Of a DNA stretch of 64,000 nucleotides, positions 18,578 through 30,500 are shown one piece after another. Numbering within the stretch: the first letter of the stretch is position 1; each line of letters begins with the position of its first letter. The notes beneath the pieces were generated by a model. It was not told where the DNA came from and ran no database searches. It saw only the letters and a list, made by a program, of their open reading frames with translations. A program made the position numbers and the translations under genes. Source of the DNA: a virus; IMG/VR virus record IMGVR_UViG_3300006735_000001, positions 49,578 to 113,577 of that record; one strand, 5' to 3'.

Positions 18578-21500
18578 TTATTTTTTTAATATACATTTTT
18601 TAACATCCTCAACATAGTCTTGTTCACTTTCATACTTCAAATTCTTATCATTAAACTTACCAATAAATTTCTTAAACGTTCCTGCTCCTTGAGCTCTCAT
18701 AATTTTTCTATTTTCTGCACTAGGATTTATTGTGTCTGTCCAAAAATTATAAAGTACAGGATAGATCTCTTCCAAAGATAACTTTAATTCATTAAATAAA
18801 CTAGTTTGTGGGTCAGTCATTTCTGGATTAGATGTATCCACATCTTCAATAGTATATGCTTGGCGCTCATCTTCTTCTACTGCTTCTGAGTTAGCACTAA
18901 TTTGTTCTGCTAGTTTAGCAGTATCTTCTATATTAGTTTCTTTTGCTTCAGGATCTAATTTAACTTTTATTCCAGAATCTTGCATTGGTGTTCCTTGGAC
19001 AGCTGTAATATTACTATTCTGCTGTTTTAATGCCATTTCCTTTACTGCATTCTCATAGCTTGATATAGGAGCCATACTTTCTCCAGGCATTATATCACTA
19101 GATTTTTGATTTTCTGATCTATATTTATTTAAATCATTTGTTGATATTAAATCACCAAACATAAAACCTATACCATTTTGTCTAGGAGAACCTTTAGTTG
19201 ATTCAAGAGAATAAGTGACAGTCATTTTTTTCTGTATATCTTGAACATCCCATTCTTCCATTGCCACTGCTCTACTAACTGTAGGTCCGTCTTCACCTTG
19301 TACTAAATAATTAAATGAATACAATCTAGGGCCTCTGTAAAAACCTTTATCATTTCTTATAGGTTCAATACCAAGATCTCTATAATATTCTAACCAGTCA
19401 ACAACTAATGATTGAGTACCTTCAGGAGTTATTTCAATAGAAACACCCACATCAGAACTACTCAAAGTAAATACTTTATCATTTGATGCAGCAGCAACAG
19501 TATATCCTTTTATAAATTCATTTATTAAACTTCTTATATCCTGTCCAAACACAGTGTCTATAGATTGTTTACCTCTTAGTGCATCATTAACTGTATTTAC
19601 ATGTGATAAATATTTATTTAAAATGTAAGGGTTTACAGCATCTAATAAAGTTCCATAACCAATCTGTAGACCATCTTTTACCATCATATAACTAACAAGA
19701 TTCATTGCGTCTTGTCTAGTATTAGGTGACCCATATAATCTACTAAATCCATTTTGTAAGTCAACTTTCATTAGAGAGTTCATCACTCTAAAAGTATTTG
19801 CCTCAGCTAAATTAAGCCCTGACTTACTGTTTTTAGAATCTGTAACTATTAAGAATCCATTTAAGAAATCATTATCAACTCCTTCTGGTGTTTCTTTTAA
19901 TCTATTTACAATATCAACAATGTTTTCTTGTTTAGATGGATATAATATATCATTTGTTAGTCCTCCAACCACATGACTCTCATTCTCCATCATATTATTT
20001 CTATAACCTTTAATGGTTAAGTATGATAATAAATCTAATGATATCTTGTCAAGCATCTCTTCATTGGTGGCTTGATTAGTTAAATCCATTTGATCAGCTA
20101 TTAAACTCAATATCTCTTGAAAATCTATAGATGATCTAAGAAATGTAGCAGGTAATAAATTATTAGTTAGTAAATTAAAACCTTCTATGTATGTACCATG
20201 CCATGTATTAGGACCAAAGACTTTATTTAGATTTATTGGTGCATCTTTATCAAAAAGCTTTTCAATTTGTTTTTTTCTTCTTGATATATTCTGCATTGAT
20301 TTACCAAGACCTTTTGTTAATCCAGTAACTGCAGCCATATTGTTAGTAAACTCTTGTAGTCTACTTGCTTTTGCAAACTCTCTTAATATAGAAAGATCTA
20401 CATCATAAAATTCTGCTGGATCTAAATTTTCATTATAATTTGCATTAATATAATCAGACATCATTTCTGAAGTCAACTTAGGAACTGAAGGCTTTTTGTC
20501 ATCAAAAGTATTAAGAATAACAGCAAATGCTTTCTTTATTTCTTTATTTACTCTGTATGGTGAGTAGTTAGATTCTGATGCATTCTTATACACTTGTCTT
20601 ATTGTTGGTGTATTTATTAATAGAATAATAGTTTCCATTGGCATACCCAAACTTAACATATTCATTGCTAAACTTGTAGCATGTTTGTTAAATCCTGCCT
20701 TTCCAACAAATCTATTAGTTGGATTATCTACTGTCATACTTACAATAGCAGCTTTACCATCTTGATTTATTTTTGCTTGTTCAACAGATCCTGGGTCAAA
20801 ACTATTATAAGTAATACCATCTATTATAGGAGTAAATGTTTTATCAGTAATTTCACTTCCAGCCTCAACTAAATTACTAAGATATAAGTTAGGCAATACA
20901 GATGCCCCAATAGATGCCCCTTTGTTGTCTTGGAATGCAATTGCTTGACCTAAAAAACTACTTGGATCATAAGGTGTGTCAGCTCTTTTATCTCTAAAGT
21001 AATTGTTTGAATCTAATCCTATAATTTTTTGTTCTTTTTCCTCAAGTAATTTAAGTGCAGCATTAATTGGCTCTTCTGAGGTTGGCGTGTAAGATATTGG
21101 GTTGTTCCCAGTTGTCATACTTTCATTACCTACTAAAGCAAACTTATAATCTAATAACTGATTGTTGAAGGGTGCCTCAAACGGATAACCATATTTTAGT
21201 TTGTATTCTGAATATTGTGCAGGAGATATAGGAAGTCCAAGTACAGCTAAAGCCTTTGCAGTATCTAATAGCATACCACCCCCCTGTTTGTCTATTGGGT
21301 CAGTAGCAATATCTATTACAGCTGAATCAGGTGAGCTATCTATTCTAGCATCTAATTCATTGTTACTATATAACTCAAATACTGATTGTAGCTGTGATCC
21401 CTTTGCTTTAACTAATCTATTAGAATATCTAACATACTCTAAATACTCTTCTCTTTTATTTTTAGTCTTTCCATACTCCTTGAATACACCATCTTGTACA

Positions 21501-24500
21501 TAAAAATCTTTTATATGTGCAAATGTTTTATCTCCATCATGATCTGAACCTGCAATTTCTATTAACTCTTGAGCATACATTCCAACTGAACCCATAGCTG
21601 TAGGCATAAAGTCTACTAATAAAGATGGTGTAGATGAATGAAAATCATCTGTAGGAATACGTACTGCAAATTGTCTAGCTATAACATTTGGAATAGGAGC
21701 ATTAGTATTTTCTATAAGATCCCTTACTGAAGAATGATGAGCTGGCATTTGCATTTCCATAGCTCTTTCACCCGTGTAAGAATTAGGATTTTTAGGGTTA
21801 CTATATACAGGCACCACTCTTAATCTATCAAGTACTATATAACCTTTAGCTGGTATGTTACCAGGTGTTAAATCTTGTAAGTCTTTCTCTACAGTCAAAC
21901 CTAATCTATCAAAAACTTTATCTCTAACAATTTCTGATCTAGTAGGTATTGTTTCTCCATTAACTATTTCTACATCATATACTCTTCTATATTTTTTTAC
22001 CCCAAATGGTGAAACTAAAGTCAGCTTAACCATAGGTACTTTTTGAGAAAATACACCTTTAGCAAAATAATTTAAAAACAATTGTTCAAACTTAGGTGCA
22101 GTAATTGGGTTATTTAAATTATAATTTTGTTTACCATCAACACTTGAAAAGAATTCTAATAAGTTAGTACTTGTCTTACCTGCTTTTAAACTCTTCTCAG
22201 CAAATTTTAAAAATGCTGCTAGCTTAGGAGTAATGTCTGTGTTATTAGATATATTAAAATCATTTACAGCACTTTCAAATTCATATATTAAATTTCTTTT
22301 ATTATTAAAACTTAGTTTAAACTTTTTGGTCTTTACTTCATTGTATGCTGTTATGATTTGTTTTAAGTCTAAAGCATCACCGTTTAAATCTCTAAGTCCT
22401 GGTACTTTAGTCTTATAAAACTGAACTGGAATATTAGTAATTATTTCAGCTATCTGTGTTGGATCAGGACCTTCTAATTGATTTGAAGGTGTAATCTGCT
22501 GTAACCTCATATGTTTAGCAGATAAAGTTGAGTGAGGAAGAACTTCCAATGCTCCTATATTATCATTTATATCACTCAGTGGTACAACTCTCATTTTTTC
22601 TGCCTTACTAGCACTCAATGGTCCAGCAACTGTAATAGTATCTTTACTAGCATCAATCTTTTCCATTGCTACTCTTAAGTTATGAAGCGTCAACATACCA
22701 GGTTTAGCCTCCCAAACTTGAGTTACTGGATTTAAATTAGAAGTGTATTCTTTAAATAGTGTAGTTATTGTAAATTTTAAATACTTTTGCCCATCAAAAT
22801 ATGCATACTTTTTAGAGTTAACCATATCCTTGTCCTGTACTAGACCTATTGGGGTTTCTTCATTACCAAAATATACAGAAGACTGATATGATTCTGACAG
22901 CCCATCTTCCATAGCATCAAGTAATTGAGCTTGTCCTGTACTTAAAGAATCAGTACCAAATTTTAAATGTCTAAATCCTTTAACAGTAGTATATCCTTGT
23001 GCATCAGCAATATCAATATTATTTTCTATTGGCTCTTCAAATAATATATAACTAATATCATCTGTTGTATGTAATATTCCTTTCTTAGTATCAATTACTT
23101 CTGAGTATGCTGGTGTACCCGCATTGTTATTTCCTTTAGCTCTTTTAGTTATATCTGCAGAGCTTTTAAATAACCTTGCTTGATCACCATGTTGTGCTTC
23201 ATTAAACGCAGCTGCATTTAACTTTTGATTAAAAAATATTTGTCTTAAGTTATATCTAGCATTTGTTGGTATTAGATTTAATGATTCTGAAGATTCATTT
23301 ACATTGTTTCTACTTACACCTTCAGCAACCACTAGTCCATCTTTTACCTTTTTGGAAATTTCATCATATATATTTTCATCAATAAGATATTGAACATAAT
23401 CACTATATTCATTATTCAATTGAGTTCTTATATCTTCTCTGATTTGACTTAATGTATAAGGTGTAAATTTAATAGCATCATCAAAACTAATAGTATTACG
23501 GGCTTGGCCTTGATCATAAGCTACTTTAGATAATTCATTTTTAAATTCTTGACTAAGTAAAGTGGTATTATTAAAGAAGCTAAAGCCCCTCCCCCCTACA
23601 TCATTATAACCTAACACTGTTTCTGTAGCTGTATCAATATTTGATTCTCTATTTATTCTAGTAAACTCATTTTTAATACCATCTAAGAATAAATCTAATG
23701 TCTCATCAGTTATGATTGCATTAGATCCTTCTACCGTTTTTATAACAGGTAATCCAATTAATTCAGAAGTATTAGATGCCTCCATTACTTTAGGAAATAT
23801 AGGAGCAATAGCAGACTCATTACCTTGACTGTCTATTACAGTATCTACTCTACCACTTTTAGTATTAAAGAATGCCGTATATAAATTAATTTGAGTTAAT
23901 GAAAATTCTTTAGGTGAAAAGTTTCCATATGTTTGTGTTCTAAAGTAATCTGTATTATCAATAGATACTCCATCTTCTACATTACTTTCTGATAGTGCTC
24001 CAGAAGCAACTTTTGAACCTTCCATTCTAAGCATTCTTATTTGTCTATCCTGACTCATTTTCTTAAATGCCTCGCTATTAAGTAAAAAATTCTGTTCCTT
24101 ATATGGATCTGCTAGAAGATTATTATAAAAGTCTATATTATTTAGATTATTGACAAACAATAAATTAAATGTAGGTTTCTGATGAGCATAAACAAGATCA
24201 CCATTAGAATTTCTATGTATGGTTGCTCCAACTGTTTCATCAAAAGGTGCATTTGCTATAGATAGTTCTCTAAGTCTACCTAGTATACCACCTTTCTCAT
24301 CAAAAATATCTTGGTTAGACTGCAGTTGCTCACTCAATAAAGACATTGTACTAAAGTCACTCCCTGTACCACTATCTTGAATTACTTTAGCATCTGAATA
24401 TAGTTTCTTTAAAGACTTTTGTTTTTTTGTTTTTCCATTTCTATTTTGCAACAGACTTACTTTGATAAACAAACTGCTTAATTTAATTCCAACATTATCA

Positions 24501-27500
24501 TACAAATCTTGTGAGTATGCTTTAGACATTTTATCTAATGCCTTATCTGTCATTTCATTAGAACCTTTTAGAGCTTTGTCAAAATCTTTTATTTGATTTA
24601 TAACATTTGTGGTTTTATTAGAGTCTGCTCTTAATTTTCTTTTAGCAACATAATAAGCTTGTTGCCACCTGGTAAGTTGTGAATTAATATCATCTTTTTG
24701 AGATGCTGTATAAATTCTTACATCTCCAGCTAATGATCTTTCTACAAATAAATAGTCTAGCCTTACATTAGTAAAGCCATTTATAAATGATTGAAGTAAG
24801 CTAGAGTTTTGTATTTCTGCCGGAAAGGATTCATCTGTTAATAATGATTCAGAACTATAACCAACATCATGTAAAAGCTTTCTAACTATAGCACCTCCCT
24901 GTACGTTATCTTCTCCAAAGAAATACATACTCTTTAAAAAGTCAAGTGGATTAGTAATATTAGATGTAGATTTTAATATTGAATTAAATGCATCTACAAA
25001 ATCTACAGGAACAATTATTCTTTCACCTTTAGTTAAATACTCATTTCCAAAGAAATCTTTTTCAGATACTGAAGTTAAAGCTATATATTTTCTTACATCA
25101 GAAGGAATAGCTTTTAAACCACCTATCAGTGATGCATCTAGATCATATTGTGATACAGTTCTAACTCCAACAGAATCTTCAACATTATCTATATTCTCTT
25201 CTTGAATGACAGATTTATCTGTTATCATTTCAAGTAAATTATCCGCTTGCTCTATAATTAAAGTAGAATAGTTTAAAAATGCAGACTCAATTTGTTTTAA
25301 CTTTTCCTTTTGTTCATCTGTCTTTAAATCATTGACTTCATTATTAGGACTATATAACCATTGATAATCATCTACTACTTCATCAAATATATCTTTAGGG
25401 TTATATGGTAACTCAGCTTTTGCTGATCTTGCCAGGTAGCTTGCCGCTATACCTCTGACTATCATATCAGCTATATTTCCATCTAAGTAATCAAAACCTT
25501 CTGTATCTTTAACAACTATCTTTTTAAAAGGCACCAATGCATTAGCAATTATAGGCCCGTCATTTAATACTGACTCAGTAAATTCATTACTCACTACTGA
25601 TGCATTTTTATATTTACCTGCATCAATATCTTCAAAAGTTCTTTGTAATTGTGAAGTAGTAAACCTATCTATAAAAGCTTTTATAAATTCAATTATTCTA
25701 TTAAATAAAGATTTTACTTCTGTATTTGTATTAGTATTCCTTGGATTTATTTTGAACTTATCAAACTCATCAGACATGTACTCTTCATAGTATAATTTTT
25801 CTAACTGCTTTCTACTCATATCACTATAAGTATTTGCTGAGTTCTTAAATTTTTGTAGTTCTTTCTCAAAGCTTTTACCTTCAGCTCTAAGTTTTGCTCT
25901 TACTTCTTTTCTGGCTACAGATTGTAATCTCTTTTGTTGTTCTGGTGTAAGTAATAATCTATATACAGCATGAAAAGCTTCATGATATTTAAATGGATTT
26001 TGTGCTCCTGTATAAATTGTACCTTTTACATTTAATCCACCGGCTAAATCATTTAAATACATTTGAAAAGCACCTACCCTAACTCCTCCAGCTTTCATAT
26101 TATCACCTAATACTGCTATGTCTTCTATGCTAATGAAGTCTGGTAATATTCTTTCAGCCTCCATCATAAAATCATTAATATTAACTATATCAAGATCATC
26201 AAATACTGGAGTAAATACACCACTTAGAATTTTGTTAACTAACCCTTTATCTTGTCTATCTCTTTCTTTTAATAATTTCTGATACTCTTCATTTTTTTGT
26301 AAAGTTTTAAAATGATCTCTTGGTGCTACACCCTCTAACAAGGATACCTTTAACTCTTCAATTTGAATGTTGATATTATTTTGTTTAACAGGTAATCCTG
26401 GTTGCTTACCATCTCTAAACATTAGCCAGCTAGATTTATTATTTCCAACTTGTGGGATACTACCATCTAATCTATCTTGAATATAGTCAACTATAATACC
26501 CATTTTGTCCATAGAAAAATCATAGTCTTTGGTTATTCTTTTCAGAACCATTTCTCTACCTTTTTCTAGTGTTATCTTTCCGTTCTTTATGCCTTTATCT
26601 ATTGTCTTTATGTAACTCTCTATAGATTTATCTTCTACAGCTTTTTCATCAGAATTTAAATATATGATATCACCATTGCTGTCTTTCCCTTTAGTCTTAG
26701 TTCCAAGAGGTTGGGTACTATTACCTCTCCTTGCAGCACTTTTTGCTTCATATAACTGAGTAGTAAGGCTCTTAAATTTAGCTCTATTTTTATCAGAAAC
26801 CTCTCCTGTAACAGGATCTCTTAAAGCTCGAATCTGTTTCTCAACAGTAGATACAACATCATCAAACTTTTGATTTGGATTAGTAGAAGCTGTTGTAGGA
26901 TTAGGAGCAATAGCTACTTTCATATCAATAATCTCTGAATTAGTGTCGTATATACCTTGTTCTCTTAGAGAAAACTCTCCACCTCTTCTTTTGACTTCTG
27001 CTATTTGATCTAAGAATGCAACTGGTACAGGGACATTACCTTCAACCATATCAGTATATTCTGTCTCAGTTATATCTAGTACACTATTCTCTGCTTCATT
27101 ACTAGTTCGTGCTGGAGTTTGTAATACTGGTCCTATTGGTTTACCAGAATAAGGTTCAGTCATCTGAAAAGTCCCTGATGCATTTGCTGCATCTGGTACA
27201 CCTCTACCAGCATCTATCCCTGCTGAGTTAGCATTTAATCTTACCTTCTGTCCTTTAAATACATTTGTTGCAGTTTTTGTTGTAGTCTTATCTAATATCT
27301 CATCATATGTAGCATCTTCAGGAAATCCTTTACTAAACTTAGCAGGGGTAATCACCACACCAGTAGATTCTATTTCTTCATTTAATCTACTAATTAATGT
27401 AACAAGTTTTGCTTCTACAGAAATCTTAGGATCATTTACTTCATCTCTTGTTAATTTTGGTGTTTTTGTAGCTACATCTTTTTTATTATTTTTATCATAC

Positions 27501-30500
27501 AATTGCATTTGTACTTCCCCATATGGGTTTACTTGTATAGATACGGTATATCCACCTTTATTACTTTTAATAAATATGTCCCGTGCTATTTCATCATTAA
27601 ATTTATTATTAAACGTAGAACTTTCTTGTTGAACCTTTGTTTTACCTTTGTTGTCTTCTTGCTTTTTTTCTGCTTGATCTATTAAATCAAAAGCTAACTG
27701 ACTAAACTCATCAGATGTTAGTTGTTTTGCTTGCAATGTTGCAAAACCATATGTACCATTTGGTGCTTTAACAATTAAATAATATCTATCTGTTCCATTC
27801 AGTATTTTATCTTCATATATTTGTTGTGATTTTAATCCACTTACTGTATCATCTATTAGTTTTCTTCTTTCTTCTACTCCAAATTCAGGATCATTATCTA
27901 CTGAAGTTATTTCATTTATACTTTTAAATTGACCTTTATTTCTTTTTACATCAAAGATAAAAGTGTCTCCTTCTTCATTTACAAATTGATATTCTAATTC
28001 AGATACTGGTTTAGGTACGTTATCAAAATCTATTATAGCACCAGTCAGTACTGTTCTAATATCAAAATTAATCATGTCTTCAGAATCAAAAGAAATTGAT
28101 ATTTTATTATTATCACCTAATAGTTTTCCAGCTTGTGTTGCTATCAAAATATTAGTGGTAAACATATCTTGTACGCTTTGAACTAATTCATTATCTTGCA
28201 TTCCTTCTGGAAAGGTTGCATTGTTAATTATATTTTTAACTTCTTTAATAGTAATATTTCTAGGGTCAAGACCTAAAGATTCTGGCGTAGGTTTGATTGC
28301 ATAATTACCATTATCCACATATCCAAAAACCACCCCTTCTTCTAATGCTCCTAAGTTTTCTTTTTGTAACTTATCATTAACCTTATCCAATAAGATTAGA
28401 GGCAGACTAAACCCAATTTTATAAACTGATACAGCTTGAATTAATTGAGGGTTAGGTTTCTTTAAAGTTGGATTAGTAGGAATTACATATGGTCCTTTTA
28501 TTTCACCTGATTTAGGATCTCTTTCAATAACTAAATTAAGTGTTTGTATTTCTTCAGCACTCAGACTACTAAGTATAACTGCTAATCTACGTTGTGCTCT
28601 ACTAAATTTATCTGGTAATGATTGCTCATTGTCAAAAACACGTGGATAGATTTCTACATTTTTACCAAAATTTAATTTAGCAAAATCATCAGTCAAAGCT
28701 TGAACATCTCTTTCTTGAAGTGTATATTCAGATCTAAAGTTACCTAAACCTACTGATCTCATTGGTTCTACATCAGCTGGATTTTTATCATTATCTTCTT
28801 TTTTTCTAAGGAGAATTCTTCCTTTATCACTCACCATTTTTGGTGTACTCTTAACTAACCACTCTTGTCCATCTCTATCTATTACAGTCTCACCTAAATG
28901 AATAGTATAACCATCAAATAAATATGCACTATCATCAGGCATTAGAGAGTCTAAATAATTTAATGCATCACTCGCACTATCCGCTGTATTATATATTCCA
29001 GCTATAAAACCTTTAAATTTTTTAGGTAAAAGACTAAGTACATCTTCTTTTAAAGGATTATTATTTTTATCTCTTAATTCAAAATATGGTTCAGGATCTA
29101 TATCAACTTTAGTTACATCAAACTTAGTACCTTGCATGAAAGGACCTTTACCTTCATTTGCTGGACGAGCAGTCTTAGAAACTGGTGCTCCATCTGAATC
29201 ATCAATAATATCATTTAATGTTAATCCTGCTTCTGATAATAATTTTTGTACAATGGGGTCTTCTATAGCCTCACGTGTCAATAAAAATTCTGCAAAGCCT
29301 TCTTCATTTGTAACTTGCCTTTCACTTACAGTAATCTTAAAAGTGTTTCCTTCTGAATCTTTACTATCATAACCTTGTGCCCATACTTTTTTTATATTAT
29401 TAAATGTTGTTTGAATAAGTTTTGCCTCTTCACTTGATCTCCATTTATTAAAACTATCTACTGGTTCGTTTTTGGAAGATGTTAGTGCTGCATATTTATT
29501 ATAACTCCTATTTAATAAACTATTAAGCATTGGTGTATTGTTTGGTTTTTTTAATACAACGCTTATACCCGCATCACTTAATATTTCTTCTTGTTCTTTA
29601 TTAGTAACTTCACTAACCTCTGCTTCACTAACCTCAGCATCATTTTGTGCTTGATCAGACTTGCTAACCATACGGTTATAATTTGCTATAATAGCTTGAA
29701 TTTTTAACCACTTAGCCTTATCATTTGTAGCATTGATTTGACCATACTGAGTAAAGAAGTTTTTTAACACAGATGAATCTCCTGTCTGCAGGAACTCAGC
29801 TGATTCATCTCCAGCTACAACTACATCTTCTTGAGACATTAGTTCATTAATTAACTTATTTGCTAACTGTATGTCAATATATTTTTCAAGATTCTTTTTT
29901 GTTGTTTCATAATTATTTTCAAATCTTTCTTCTACTACTGATAATGTTCTATTATATATCTCATCAAAGTTTTCAGGCTTCATTAAATATAGTAAAGCTC
30001 TATTGTATATTCCTATGTTACCATCTAAATATGTATAGTCTATAATATCTATTAGTGCTTTACGTACTTCTGTTGGATCTACAAAAGTTTGAGTTAACCC
30101 ATCTTTCTGGGATTGACTTGCTAAAAATTGAACATAAGCTTGAAAAGGTTTTTCAATTGTTTTCATCTTACGTCTATCAAATGGCCCTTTACCATCCTTG
30201 GTTCTATTTTTTGGATTTATAATAGTAGTAAAAAATTTAGCTATTAAATCAAGTTTTTTTGTTTTAAAGGCTAAATCTTTTTTTACCTTATCAGTTTGCT
30301 CTCCAGCCTTTAACAAACTTATTTCATCTGTTAAAATCTGCATTTCCTTTACTAAACTTTCTTTGCTAGTTAAAACTGTTAAATCACTAGCAGACATATT
30401 TTTAAATAGTGGTTCATTTTGTAATCTACTATTGATAGATGCAGCTCTCTCAGCAGCTCTAACCATAGAGTTCTTGGTAAACATAAGAAGCATTCTTGAA